The notes: generated by a model not told the origin, from the letters alone. Counted from the stretch's first letter, positions 44,650 through 58,739 are shown. The stretch is DNA of 64,000 nucleotides from Histomonas meleagridis 2922-C6/04-290x (GCA_020184695.1 JAANOX010000256.1:248001-312000), one strand, 5' to 3'. Program-made: numbers and translations.

Positions 44650-47600
44650 ATGAATGAAGAAGATGAAGGTGTGCAAAAGGTTATAGATTTATTTACAAAT
44701 AAACTTAATGAAATATCAAAAGCGAAATCAGGGAAAAATCGTGATCCTAATTTAGTTGATGCTATTTTTTTCTTTCATAATATTATTAACTTACGACCAG
44801 ATTTAATTGAAACTAATCGACGTTTTTGTACAATTATCAGTTTCATTACTTGAAGCCACATTAAATTTTTACGATTCTTACAACAAATAATCAACTAATT
44901 AATGCAATTCTACGAGATTTTTATATTTATAGCGAAACATACACATTTATTACCTTCATCAATACATTATATTGATTTAGTTATTCATGTAATTTTTACG
45001 ATTTCCAGATTTTAGTACTTCAGAACTTATTCCAGAATTTTTCGACAGTATTTCAATTTCCGAATTTTATTTCATCATTTTTCTTCGATCCATCTATTGA
45101 ACAATTTATCTTTATATTTTTCTTTAAAGAATCATATTTAAAATCAAGTTTAATATTTATTGATATTTTTAAGAAAGAATCGATTTTCCCGAATAATTTA
45201 AATTCTAATTCATTTTATATTATTAATTTTGTAAAGAAAACATTAATACAAAAAGAGACAATACCAAAAATTTGTATTGAGAACACGATTATGTTTATAA
45301 GTATATGTTTAAGGAAAATCATTGAAGTTAAAGAAGAACTTTTTAATGAATTTTTTAATAACAATCATAATAATACATTTGATATCTTTTATAATTATTT
45401 AAAAGTAACACCAAATATTTCATTATCGAAATATTTTTCTATATTATTAACACTTCCTAATAATAAAATAATCCCTAATAATAATATATTAAGAATTGTT
45501 TATAATGAAATATTTAAAGAAGAAAATTGTAATTTAATAAAATATTATTTATTTTATTCTATTTATTTATTCATATTAAACAATGAAATTGAATTTAATA
45601 TCTTTAAAGAAGAATTTCCACTTCAAAATATAATTAATAAAATAAATATTAATGAAAATAATTTTCAAGAATTAATATTAAATATTATTCAAATATTAAC
45701 AAATAAAAAATTCGAAAGTTCAATTGACTTATTTATCGAATATTTAAATCAATATAAAAGTAATTTATTATTTCAAAAAGCATCAATTATATTAAATGAA
45801 TTAATCGAAAAGAATGAATTTAAATTAAGTTTCAAACAACAACAACAACTTTATAATTTTTATGAAGATTTAAATCATAATGAAGAAATATTTGAACAAA
45901 TATTAATTAAATATCGATCATTTCAAGCACTTTTTTTGATTCTTTATCAAAATTATGAAAACAAACGTAAAGAATTATTTTTAGAATTATTAAAATCTTA
46001 TAAAAATTTTGATGATAATAATTTAATATTTTCGATTATAACATTTGATAATAATTCACGAATCATTCAAATTTTTTTAAATGAGATTAATAATAATTCA
46101 TCAAAAAATTTATTTTTATTATTAATTAATTTAATTAAAAGTTCGAATAATTTTTTAAATGAGTTTTTAAATATCAATGGATTTTTAATTCTTGAACAAC
46201 GATTAAATTTAATCAAAGAGAAATATATTCTTAAATTATTAAAATCATTTTTAAGTAATACATTTCAAGATAAATTAAATGAAACATTACTTTCATTAAA
46301 TATTACACATATTTTATATAAATTAAATATTAAAACATATCAAAAAGTTAATATTTGGGAAAAAGTTTTTCTTCAATTACCAGTATTTATCCCAATGTTA
46401 AAATATCCTCCAATTATAACATCACAATTTGATATCATTAATTTCTCTAAATATTCTATTCCTATTTATCTTAAATTAAATAAAAATATTCCAAATTTAT
46501 ATCAAATTTCAAATCGTTATATTACTAAATCATTTCTTAAAACATTAATTCGAAAACAAAATATTAATTTTGAAGAATTAATTGATATTAAAAAAGATCA
46601 TTTTCCAATTTATGAATTTTTACCATATTCAAATCATATTACAATTAAATTTCAACAAGAATTAGAAAATATATCATTTTGGTTTAAAATTACGAAAAAT
46701 TTCACGAATGAATTTCAAATCTTTCAAAGTAAAACATTTACGATAATTATTAAGAATGAAGACCTTCAATTTTTTACAAAATTCGATCATGATTAATCAT
46801 AATAAATGGTATTTTATAAGTATTATGAAGAATAAAATTTATGTTAATAATAATTCATATCAAATTAATGAACGAATTAACATCAAAGAAATTATATTTG
46901 GATCAATAATCCCGAATAATATTTTTATGGTCTTTATCATTTAATATTCGAGAGATTTCTAATTATAATGAAATAGAAAATTTATATAAGAAAGGACCAA
47001 ATTATTTAATCATTGATTCAACATTAATTAATTTACCAAAGAATAATTTGTTTATACCTTATTATGGATTTTCATATTATTTACAATTTCCTTATTATAA
47101 TTATAAATTTATTCAAATGATTAAAAATTGTAACGAAGAAAACAAATTTTTAGAAATGTTTTCTACATTAATTAATTATTTGAAAGTTAATAATAATAAT
47201 AATAATAACAATAACAAAATATTTTATAATATTTTAAATATATTAAATGATAAAAAAGAATTTATTAAAGAAATTCATTTAAACAAATTAATTAATTATT
47301 TAATTTTAACCAAAAATTTAATGTTATATAAAACATTTTTATATAATTATTTGTTTTGGGAAAATATTTCGAAAGAATTATTAAAATATTTAAGTGAAAT
47401 TATTTATATAAATATTATTCAAAACAAACAAATAAAAGAATTTATTAATGATACATTTGAATTATTTGTTTCATTAATTAAATTTTATGAAAATGAAGAA
47501 AAACGAATTATAATTATTCAATTCTTAATTAAGACTACAGAATTTCTTAAAGATAATAAATATTTAATTAAGTTAATTCTTGTTATATTTTATGTACAAA

Positions 47601-50600
47601 ATTTAAATTTAACAAATGAAATAAAAATATTTTTCTTGAAAGAATTTCCAATTAAGAATAATTTAACAGAAACGAATTTAATTATTAAATTATTAACAAC
47701 GAAATCATTAAATTTCAATTTTAATATCTTTGAATTATTATATAAGATTCAAAAGAATAAAATTGAAATTAATTTTCCTAAATTAATAAATCTCTATAAA
47801 TTTCTTAATAACAAACATTATTTCTATGAATTATTTTCATTATTAACAGATATTAAATCTAATTATGAACTTAGTTTAATTGAATGTTATTCTAATCAAA
47901 ATATTAAATATCCGAATATATTACCAAATATAATTTTATTAATATTTATTAGTTTAATAATTTTAATATATTCTAATCAAACTAAACAAAATATCAATGA
48001 ATATTTATCACAAATTACTAAAGAATCGATTGAACTTTTATTAAAATATATTCAAAATACGCCAAATTATTTCCAAAATAACAAAGAAATCATTAATATC
48101 ATTGAAATCTTTTGTCCATTAATACCAAATATCTTAAATTTGAAACATAAAAACTTTGAAAAAGAAACGATTTTAATTAATCAAAAATTATTAAATGATA
48201 AATTTAATAATATTATCAATGAATTTGAATTAAATGAAAGTTTGAAAACGATAATTTTGAAATCGAAAACGATACAAGAATTTCCACGACAAGAAATCAT
48301 TACAAAATATAAAAACAAATTTAATTTTTATAATAATATACAAAAATTATTAAAAAGATTTAACTTAAAAATTATTGAAAACAATGAAATAAATTATAAT
48401 GAATTAACTAATTATTTAAATGGAATTAAATATACAGAATTTGTTGTATATTTAATATTAAATAATTTAAAACAATTTCCAGACATATTATTTGAAGTGA
48501 TTTATTTTTATCCATTTCAATCACAAGAATTCATTAATTTATATTGTATTTATCCGATTGAATTATTCTTTACATTATGTAACAACAAAAATTATATTCA
48601 AAATGATATTAATTTATTTGAACAAATTTTACTATTTTTAGTATATAATATTCGAAATAATATATTAATACAAATATTACCAAAAAGTTTATAATTCTAT
48701 ATTAAGTTTTTATTAATAGGATAATTACAGAAATTAATATAGAAAATAATAATATTTTAAAGTTATTACGTGAAATTATATATAATTTATGTAAAATTGT
48801 TATAGAAAAGAATCGAATTTATTGTATTTCAATCTTAATAAATTATAATAATATCTTTTTAAATAAAGAAATATTTAATAACAATGAATTTATAGTTTTA
48901 ATCTTAAGTGAATTTATTCCATTTTTTTAATTCAAGAAGATAATAATAAAACGATTAAATTACTTCAAATGTTTTGGCCGAATTCATTTATTTTTTCTAC
49001 ATATTTTATAGGACAATTTACATATGAAGTTTATGAAATTATTAATAAATGTATTGAAACAGAAGAAAACAATTTGATTGAATGGGTTGAAAACTCACCC
49101 AAAATTGTACATGATTTTATCAGTAAAATAAATGAAGAAAAAGAAGAAAACAAAAAAATTATTTTTATACAAAATTTACAATTCAACAATTTTAAGGATT
49201 TACAAAAAAGTTATTATGAAAATATTAAAAAGAATGAAATTATAATAATATCGAATAAATTAATTGATAAATATTATGAAATTATATCGACTAAAATATA
49301 TAAAATATTTAATCAATTAATATTTACAAAAATTTATCGAAATTCAGAAAAAATTAATATATATAAAGAATATGTTAATATTAAATATTTAATGATTAAA
49401 AACAAAAACATTTTAAATCAAGAAATTTATTATTTTTCACAACCTTTTTGGCCTTCACGTGTTATAACACCATTTTTATAATTTTAATTATGATAAACAA
49501 AAATTCATAAAAACGCATCCAGTTATCGAATATTTAAGTTTTAATTCTAATTATAATGAATTTGGAGAAATAATTTCACAATTTAATTGTAAATTTCTTT
49601 TATTTAAAATATAAATTTGATTCTATTGTATTTATATATAAATCATATTTATTAATATTAATTAATAGTAATTTAATTAATAATAATAATCAAATGATAT
49701 TTTATGAACATCAAAATGATAATAACTTTAATGAAATAGTAAATAATTTTGGGATTTTTCTAATTTTTTTCATATTATTTTTCAACATCCTTTACTTATA
49801 TTATCATTTTCTAAATTAATTTATTATAATACATTTGATAATAACATTCAATTTTATTTTCTTAATAGTAATACATTTATAATAAATTGTATTCATGATA
49901 ATAATATTAATATAATTAATAATTTAATTCATTCCATTAATTTAAACATTGAAATTAATTCTAATTTTTATCAAATTTAATGAACTTCTTCAACCAAAGA
50001 AGTTAATTACATATTATAAAAATAATTTTCTTTCAACATTTGAATTTTTAATTTATTTAAATGGTTTTAATAATCATTCATTTATTAATAAACAAAAAGA
50101 TTTAATATTACCAAAACCGAAACAAATTACAAAACTTAAAACATTTTGTTCACAAGAAATAATTTATCCATTTTATTATTGTTCAGATTTTTTAAATGAT
50201 AATAATAATAATAATAATAATAATAATCAAATTATTACTAAAAATATTTCATTCATTGAAAGTAATAATGAAAATTTTATGGAATTTTTAAATAATAAAT
50301 TTAATATTAAAATTACTAATTTAATAATTAATAAACAAAATTTAATACAAAAAATTCAAGAAATTATTAATAATAAAAATAAATTCCTTCAACAAGAAAA
50401 TAATCAAATTTTTCATAATTTTGATAAAGATAAAATCATTTTAAGTACTAAAAACAATTTTTTAATCTTTATTAATGAAATTGGAGTTATTGATATATTT
50501 CATATTATTTATATGAACTTTATCCCAAAATTAATAAATCCAATTTCGAATTATATTATTCCTTTAAATAGTAAAATATCGATTAATGAACATGATTTAA

Positions 50601-50923
50601 TTGGATGTATTGTTAAAGATAATAAAATAATAATATTTGATATCATTCGAGGTTTTACATTACGAAGATTTGAAATATCAGAAATAGTTAATGGAAGTGA
50701 ATTTAATGAAAAGTTTGGATATATTGTGTTTTGGAATAAAAGTAATTTATATTTATATAGTATTAATGGAACATTTATCACTAAATATGAAGTTTCTGAT
50801 AAAATTATTAAATTAATTTGTACATATGATAAATTTATTGTTTATATTAACAACGAAAATAAACAAAAATTTATTAGTTATGATATATCTCGAAATAGTT
50901 TTATGAATATATCTAAAATATAA
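44650..50923 (+). CDS. Degenerate BEACH/neurobeachin-like protein (ConA-like, PH-like, reduced BEACH, WD40), extremely AT-rich and frameshifted
   Basis: Co-linear ORF pieces 44650, 45291, 46756, 47048, 48969 and 49949. ISFWFKI (ConA-like), YYKNNFLSTFEFLIYLN and EIIYPFYYCSDFLN (BEACH remnants), and a WD-like C-terminus. The inverted copy reads through several of the breaks. Confidence 0.55.
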
Positions 50924-51409
50924 ATATTAAATAAAAATATATTATGTTTAAAAGTTTTGTTTTTGTCAAATGATATAATCTCTTTCTTGGAAGGGATTCA
51001 TTGAAACTTCACATTTTTAAATCATAAACACTTCTTTTTTTGTAGAAAACTTTGTAATTAAAAAAATTATAACTTCAGCTTTTTTTATAAGGTTAATCAT
51101 TACATGAAATATATTCTTTTAAATTTCTTCTAACAATGTTTGAACAATATTTCATATTAATAAATTTTAATTGATTAATGTTCATTATAATTTATAAAAA
51201 ATCGATATCAATTAAAAATTAATTGTAAAATTTGTGACGGTTATTGAATATTCAAAATTGAATGGTTTATAAAGAAGGAAAATTTATTTTTAAGTTTCCA
51301 AAAGATGTAGAAAAATTTCAAAAAACTAGTAAAAATCCGAAGCTATTCATAAAATTTCCAATGTAATTATAAAAATTTTGTTTTAAAATTTGTAAATTGA
51401 TAATGGCTG
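48215..51409 (+). repeat. First arm of a near-identical inverted duplication
   Basis: Reverse complement of 60821-64000. Identity ends at ...GATAATGGCTG (51409 matches 60821). Confidence 0.95.
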
Positions 51410-51709
51410 AATAAGACAGTGTCAGCCAACTTTCCCTCTTATCGATTTATTTTAAATTTTAAAATTATTTGTAATATGCTTAGTGCATTCTAGTATATAA
51501 CATATAATGACAGCAGACAAATTTTTATGAAGATGAAATAATTTTTAAAAAATTTCATTTCCTTTGAATTTAGTCACTTTTCATTTAAATTTGTATATAA
51601 TACAATACACTTTTTAAACCCAAAATGATCGTCTATATCAAAACAACACAATCCATCAGTCAGAGGTTTATACACACAATATTGATTAAAGAAATATTGA
51701 AAAGTAGTT

Positions 51710-54015
51710 TTACTTACTGTTCAATTTCGGATAATACCTGGAAGCAATGTTTCTTCCAACTTTATTAGTCAATCTGTGTTTTGAAGCAGTCAGAATCCAA
51801 TTTTGATTTGAAATCTTATTAGTAAATGTTAATTCTTTAGTAAGGCTGTCAATTAAATTAGCATCCTACTCATTATAATTTGAGTTTATGAATTCATTAT
51901 CAATATCTTGTAACAGATTATAAGCAGCACTTTCTCTTGAAAAAACTTGTCCACATAAATAAAATAACTTTACTAAAAATATCTTACAATTCCGAACTTC
52001 TTCGTTTGTAAGTACAATATTTCCTTCTTCCAATATCCCAGTTTCAAACATTCTTCTTGAAATTCTTTCATTTACAAAATAATTGTATTTTCTAGAAATA
52101 ACAATGCCATCAAATGCCCGTTTTATGGATTCTATGGTTTGCTTATTTCCTGCTTTATTTCTAAGAAATGCAAAGAAATGTTCTGATTTAATGGTTCCTA
52201 TTCTAGATAAACTACATTTGTCTTTTATATAACTAATTCCTAATAAAACAGCAAAAAAAGCATTAAAACAATCAACACAATAATTCATTGAGAAGATAGA
52301 AAAAAAGTTTTCTTTTTTCGACTCTTTGTTTTGTGAGGACCCTTGTAACTTCAATCCTGCTTAATAAAAGTACATGATAAATAAACCAACATATGCCCAA
52401 ATTGTTCTCTCTCTCCTACACACTGTTTTGTCTCGTAAAATCATATTCATGCATGTCATTGGCAAGAGATATAAAACTGAAGCCTAATGTTTATTATGAA
52501 TAGCATTTTCTAATGTTCTTCCATTCAAAATAGCAATCGGATAGAAGTCATCCATTGCATCATGACTACTATTTTTAAGAAAACAATCAGTAAGCGTTAT
52601 ATCATAACTCTTAATTAAATCAATATAAACTACATTAACATTTTGATGTTTCTTTTGATAATTTATTTGATTATTTTTACATACAAATAAATTGTTGTTT
52701 TTTACAAGTCTTTTTCTGGCCCTTTTTAACAAATTGACCATATCATTCGAATATGTTTGTGTAGGAATTGGAAATTCATTATAATATGGATTATTTGTAA
52801 ATTCTTTTGATATTTCATTGAATTGTTCTCCAAATTTGCTTCTATAATGAGTATCAGAGTCAGTTGATATTATCGTAATATTTAAATTAACATCTTTCAA
52901 TTTTATACAGATTTCTTCTATTTTTTTATTAACTTTATCATTTGCTGCACCATTATTTGACAGATATACATGAATAGGAAAGCATGGTGTTGCAGAGTGA
53001 GGACAAATTGTAAAAACAAACATTCCTCCAATAAAATTTTTTTTGTCTACGTTTTCTTTCCATAATTCTTTATAAAGATTAATGTCTCGACGATAATCAT
53101 CAGGTTTATATTTGAAAACGATTGGTTTATTAATATATATGTAACATTTTCATTTTTATCCAAAATCAAATCCTCATCGACTTTCATTACATCAATGAAT
53201 AGGGTTGCAGTTGTAGTGTCGATTTTATAGAGATTCTCTCCGAAATTAATAAATTCTAATTATATTATCAATAATATTTAAAAATTTTTCAAAAGATGGT
53301 ATAAATGATTCCTTCATCCATTTTTTAATTGAATATATTGATGGACCTTGGAATAAATTACCGTGAAATCCATTAGATTTAGAATATCAAATATATTCTT
53401 TGATCCAATACGCTTTTGTTCTATCATCATAAACTGAATGATGACCAAGTCCTAAATTATTTCGACACTGATTAATTAAATGTTCAAAATCATCATCGTA
53501 TTTTTGTATTTCATTTTTATCACTAAAGTCGTTTATAGCTAACTCGATTATTGGATTTTGTTTAATATTTTTTGTTTGTTTCTGAGATCTCATAAATTCC
53601 ATTTTATTCTTTGACATTTCTTTTTGAACTTTTTCCCTAATCTTTTTTTTTTCTGGTGTGTTGTGTATATAAATTTTATACTTTCGATTTGATATGCATT
53701 AACTTGAACTTTATTATTATCAACTCTATCCTCATCGTGATTATATTGAATTTCATCATTATCAACTCTATTCTCATCATAATTGCTTTTAATTTCATAT
53801 GAAATAGGGTAACATTCGAATAAGGATGTGTTGTTCACTAAATTAATTACCGAAGGAATTATAGTTCTACATGCATTTTCTGATCTAGTCGGTATTTTAA
53901 TATTTGATGTGTTACTTGTTAATTTTGGTTTGGATAATGAACAAAAAATTTCATCATTTGACCAGTTTTTGTTTTGATTTGGATATCCATTTAATAATGA
54001 ATTATAATGTAACAT
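51710..54015 (-). mobile_element. Decayed P-element/THAP9-like DNA transposase remnant
   Basis: Ordered motifs across broken frames: QGPSIYSIKKW, TATLFIDVMKV, IISTDSDTHY, YSNDMVNLLKRARKRL, SRIGTIKSEHFFAFLRNKAGN. They parallel the P-transposase LPS..TL, LLFDEM, VSDG, DxxHLLK.RN and R...D.LE.FF..IR..GG motifs. Confidence 0.6.
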
Positions 54016-55430
54016 AAAGTGATGAATTGCGATAAATTTTGATATAATTGAAGCATATCAAATTTATTACTTTAATGATGTGAAGCTGTTATAAATTAAT
54101 AATTTTTTTTAAAAATAATTGGCAAAAAAAAAATTTTTAATCTTATCATCGAATTGATAATTTTAGTATTTTCCGGAAATGTTACTATCGCTTATGATTA
54201 GGTAACTAATCACTATATTTTCTGATTTTTCTTGTGAGCATTGCTCACCCGTCTCGGAACTAGACATTTTCTGCTTGATAAATTTGCTCTCAAATTTGTT
54301 TTGTAAAGTATTAAAATTTGACTACCCATTTAAATCTTGATGAATTCGTGACCGCATAATGAATTCAAATAGTTATTTTTTCTTCTACGTTCAGAGCCTC
54401 CAATAATGAATAAACAGCTTCAAGAATTATTATATTTACATAACAAATAAATTATAACAATTTGCAACGACAAATTTTTAAGTTTTTGCTCTTGTCATCA
54501 GATATAAGAAATCTTGTGTAACTTAAAAACAAGATGAAAATTAAAAAAAATTTATATAAATTTATATTGACTTTTATTATTTCAATTTATATTTTGAATT
54601 TGTACTTTTGTTTTTAATTCGAAAGCCCAAATAAGCATTCTTCCAAGATCGATCATAAAAAAATAAGATAACAAAATTCAGTCAAATTAGTTTCATTAAA
54701 TTTGATATATATAATAATTTTTTCTATAAATTTAATTCAGAGGAAAATGAAAAAAAATTAATTTTTTGTTTTAAAACGACCGTTTATTTGGTTGACAGCG
54801 TCAGGCTGGATAATTGATTTTAAATGTGACGTTAAGGAAAATAATAAACCTGTCAATATATTACGGTTTTCGATCCACCTATGATGCAAATAGAAGTAAT
54901 ATGACGATATAAAGCCTCCATTCAATTGATGATCGGTAGGGGTAATGATCTAATAAAATTCAAGAGATACAGAATATGTTTATTTTCTCAGCATGAAAAA
55001 CTCTGGTCACATTGAATTTGGATAGGACATGGATCGATTTATCTTGATATTTTAAATTATTTTAAGAAATTATAATATACATAATCCCTCTCATGAAATT
55101 CCATATAACTTTGTTGATATATACTAGAACTAATGTATGTCATATTTATGTACTATTTTATTTCAAGTCTTGAAAAGGCATGGAGAAAAATGAATTTTCA
55201 TGATTTTAACATACAATTTTCGACCGTTTATTTATCCTTTTGGATAAGAATTTCGTCGACAAAGACTCGGCATATTTTTGTGAGGAATTATTTGTTATTC
55301 CCAATAAGCATGTTCTCAAGTGCACAAGCATAATCAGTCCTAATTTGGAAATAAATATATAATTTTTATTTTAGTTGATGTTTTGCAAAACTAATTTTCC
55401 GGCCATAAGACATGTTATGTGAAAAGAAAA

Positions 55431-56627
55431 ATGTCGCAGAAAGTTATTGAATTTGAGGTTATTGCAGAACAAGGAAGCGCCAGGTGTGCCAAAATGGGGT
55501 TCCATAGACCAAGTGATTTTAATTTCGAAACACCAATTTTTATGCCAGTTGCGACACAAGGATCATTAAAAGGATTAACACCAGATCAAATATTATCCCT
55601 TCCACACTCACCGCCAATTATCCTCGGAAACACTTACCACCTTGGAACTCGCCCTGGTCCAGAAATGTTTGAAGAAGTTGGTGGTCTTCATAAGTGGATG
55701 AATTGGCCACATGGACTTCTTACAGATAGTGGAGGTTTCCAAATGGTTTCTCTTTCTAAGCTATGCCAAATTACAGAAGAAGGTGTTCAATTTTCAGCTC
55801 CACATGCTTCTGGTTGCGAAATTCTTTTAAAGCCAGAAGATTCGATACATATCCAAAATGCAATTGGTTCTAACATTGCTATGATGCTTGATGATGTTGT
55901 TCCTTCCACATATGTTGGTCCACGTGTCGAGGAAGCAATGCATAGAACAATTCGTTGGCTCGATCGAGCAATTGCTGCTCACAAGCGTCCGCACGATCAA
56001 GCCTTATTCGCAATTGTGCAAGGAGGTCTTGACCAAGATCGCAGGAGATATTGCGCCACGGAGATGGTGAAGCGGAAAGATTCACTCGGCGGTTTTGCTA
56101 TCGGCGGTCTATCGGGCGGTGAAGCCAAAGAAATTTTTTGGCAATCCGTTAAAACGAGTGTTTCTTGTTTGCCAAGGGATATGCCACGATATTGTATGGG
56201 TGTTGGATATGCAGAAGATATTGCCGTTTGTATTGCGCTTGGAGTTGATATGTTTGATTGTGTTTTCCCAACAAGAACCGCAAGATTTGGAACAGCATTA
56301 ATATGGAGTGGTAGTGATCGAGTATCAAATTGGAAAGGTCAAGAAGAACCAATAGAAAGGGAATGTGGATGTTATGCATGTACACATCTTTCGAGAGCGG
56401 CATTATTCCATATAAGAGATACGCCAATGTGTGGACAATTATTAAGTTTACATAACGTCGAATTCCAAAATAGATTAACATCATATTTCCGCCAGGGTAT
56501 TAAAGAAGGAAAATTAGATGAATATGAAAGGAATTTCTTCAGAGCGAGATACCCAAATGGGGACTACCCACAGTGGATCGTTGACGCACTCAGTAGCGAA
56601 GGAATCGATTTATTTCAACAAGATTAA
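55431..56627 (+). CDS. QTRT1: Queuine tRNA-ribosyltransferase catalytic subunit (eukaryotic-type TGT)
   Basis: TPIFMPVATQG, LGNTYHL, LTDSGGFQMVSL, MLDDVV, FAIVQGG, GGLSGGE, PRYCMGVG, DMFDCVFPTRTAR and the zinc site CGCYAC...H. The Val after DD and the SGGE motif are the eukaryotic queuine-accepting residues. Confidence 0.96.
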   Translation: MSQKVIEFEVIAEQGSARCAKMGFHRPSDFNFETPIFMPVATQGSLKGLTPDQILSLPHSPPIILGNTYHLGTRPGPEMFEEVGGLHKWMNWPHGLLTDSGGFQMVSLSKLCQITEEGVQFSAPHASGCEILLKPEDSIHIQNAIGSNIAMMLDDVVPSTYVGPRVEEAMHRTIRWLDRAIAAHKRPHDQALFAIVQGGLDQDRRRYCATEMVKRKDSLGGFAIGGLSGGEAKEIFWQSVKTSVSCLPRDMPRYCMGVGYAEDIAVCIALGVDMFDCVFPTRTARFGTALIWSGSDRVSNWKGQEEPIERECGCYACTHLSRAALFHIRDTPMCGQLLSLHNVEFQNRLTSYFRQGIKEGKLDEYERNFFRARYPNGDYPQWIVDALSSEGIDLFQQD

Positions 56628-56906
56628 TTCATCAAAAATAATATAATTTTATGCTTTTATAAAAATTTTATATGAATTTATCTGTTAATGCTATGTCAAT
56701 ATTACTCGAAATCTTTTTAAAAAAAAAAAACACTTTATTGCAATAAAGACAAATTACTAAATTCAGTAGAAAATTTTGACATTTTGAATTTTAATTTCAA
56801 TCAAAACCGATCAAAAGCACTACAATATTTTATATCGTCAGTTTTTGTAAAAACAATTTTCTTAAAAAATATATTTTTTAAATAGAAACAATCTTTATCA
56901 AAAAAA

Positions 56907-58739
56907 TCAATTATTTGCTGCTGAGAAATCTTCATCCTCTTCGCTTTTTTCTGGTGATGACTCCTGACTTACTCCATCAATTTCATTTTCGTTTTCATGT
57001 TCTTCTGGATGATGTTGATCAGAATGCGAATTATTTTCTTCGGACAAATCGAATGTCGGGTTCATGCACGAACTTATTTCGATTTTTCCGTCTTCCACAA
57101 AAACCTCAAAAAAGTAAATATCATTATAATTATGTAATAATGAAGACAAGTCGTCATGGAACAACACATTTTTTGTTTTATAAGCGCATTTTGCGAAATG
57201 CAACAAAGGCACATCAATGTTAGCAGCTGCTGTCTCAGCAAATGATTGTAAAGGCACAGTTTCATCGAATACTATTTTTGGTATTCTCTTAATTTCATCA
57301 ATATTTTCTATTTTATTTATCATATCGCAAACATTTAAAAAATAATAAATGCAAAGAACAGTTGCCTCAGAACAATAATGAATTCCATTTTTGAAACATT
57401 TTTTAAATTCGTTCACGAAATCATTTGAAATTTTGGAGAAATTATCAATAAAGTTTTGTATCAAATCAAAAGCAATTTCTAAATTCTTTGGAAGGAATGT
57501 TTCGAATCCTTGAAATATGATAATTTTCTTAATGAATTGTTGGCGCATTAAAAACTGATAATTGTTACGGAACTCGATACTTGAAGGAGATAAAACTTCG
57601 GTTTCTTTTGATATATATTTTACCAACGAATCTATAGTTTCATAAGCAATTTCAGAACAACGTTTTATCATTAGATTCGGCGAAATTTGATTATCGATTT
57701 CTCCATAAATTATCTTATAAACTTCTTTTGATATTTCAGCTTTTTTATTTCTTTTTATTGCTTCATAAATATTTTTCATTTCATCATATAATGCGTTTAA
57801 TTTATTATCTAAAAAAATTATAAAGTGATAATGTTTCGTTGTATATTGGCTATGGGTTTTTGTGATATTATTACTCATTTGTGCGTCAGTAATTCGCGTT
57901 GCTTTGTCAAGACATTCAATAAGTGTTTTACCAAATGCCCAAATTTGAGTTTCCTTTGGTATTTCATCATCAAGATTCAGCTTAAGATTTGTTGGATGAA
58001 ATGTTGAACAATCATTTTCAGTGGATATCTCTATAAATTTAGTCTTGAGAAAAGGATCAAATTGCGATATCCATTCAGATGCTTCTTGTTCATTCATCAT
58101 TTGCGAACCATAAAGTTTTAGACATTTTATTATACATTCTATGTCTGATTGGGTAGGAATAAGAAGATGTACCATACAGAGAAATTGATACTGTGATGGA
58201 ATCGCAAATAATGGTTCGATATTCAGATTTAATGGTAATGATGTCAATATTGTATTACCTGAAAGTGAAAAATAATAATCAGCTCGATGAAGCTTAGATT
58301 CTAACATGAGATTACTCACTTCAAAATGAAGACGTTTCTGTGTTTCAAGAGGAAGTTGAGGTGTGAGTTTGGAAATGTAATAATGTACAAATGGTTGTGG
58401 AATGAGTTCTTCAATATAAAATGAAATGACTTCAGCAATGATGAATCCAAGATTATGGGATTCTGTTAATGTGTTGGCAAAATCAATAAAACTTGAAAAA
58501 TTAATAATCGGATCATTAAGTGGTGGAAACGTTTGACAAATATTATCTATACGATTGCATAAATCAGGAGAATCAAATAGTATATCTTTAAGCGAATTTA
58601 AAAAAAAAATTGGATTTTGTGGAATTCGTTGAAAGCGCTGTAAAAGATTATAAAATTTATTGTATCGATTCATGTCTTGAGAAAGGTGTTCAGTAATATC
58701 TTTTACTAATGAATTTAAAACTGGGTTGACTTCATTCAT
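56907..58739 (-). CDS. Hypothetical protein with a PAH(Sin3)-like N-terminus
   Basis: YNKFYNLLQRF...LKDILFDSPDLCNRIDNICQTFPP resembles a paired amphipathic helix repeat; 610-aa intact ORF. Confidence 0.6.
   Translation of the reverse strand: MNEVNPVLNSLVKDITEHLSQDMNRYNKFYNLLQRFQRIPQNPIFFLNSLKDILFDSPDLCNRIDNICQTFPPLNDPIINFSSFIDFANTLTESHNLGFIIAEVISFYIEELIPQPFVHYYISKLTPQLPLETQKRLHFEVSNLMLESKLHRADYYFSLSGNTILTSLPLNLNIEPLFAIPSQYQFLCMVHLLIPTQSDIECIIKCLKLYGSQMMNEQEASEWISQFDPFLKTKFIEISTENDCSTFHPTNLKLNLDDEIPKETQIWAFGKTLIECLDKATRITDAQMSNNITKTHSQYTTKHYHFIIFLDNKLNALYDEMKNIYEAIKRNKKAEISKEVYKIIYGEIDNQISPNLMIKRCSEIAYETIDSLVKYISKETEVLSPSSIEFRNNYQFLMRQQFIKKIIIFQGFETFLPKNLEIAFDLIQNFIDNFSKISNDFVNEFKKCFKNGIHYCSEATVLCIYYFLNVCDMINKIENIDEIKRIPKIVFDETVPLQSFAETAAANIDVPLLHFAKCAYKTKNVLFHDDLSSLLHNYNDIYFFEVFVEDGKIEISSCMNPTFDLSEENNSHSDQHHPEEHENENEIDGVSQESSPEKSEEDEDFSAANN

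Noticed and set aside
39932-50923. Frameshifts in the WD40 and BEACH genes explained by hidden 17-nt spacers or programmed frameshifting
   Set aside because: The breaks examined are single-base changes in A/T runs, and the inverted copy reads through several of them.
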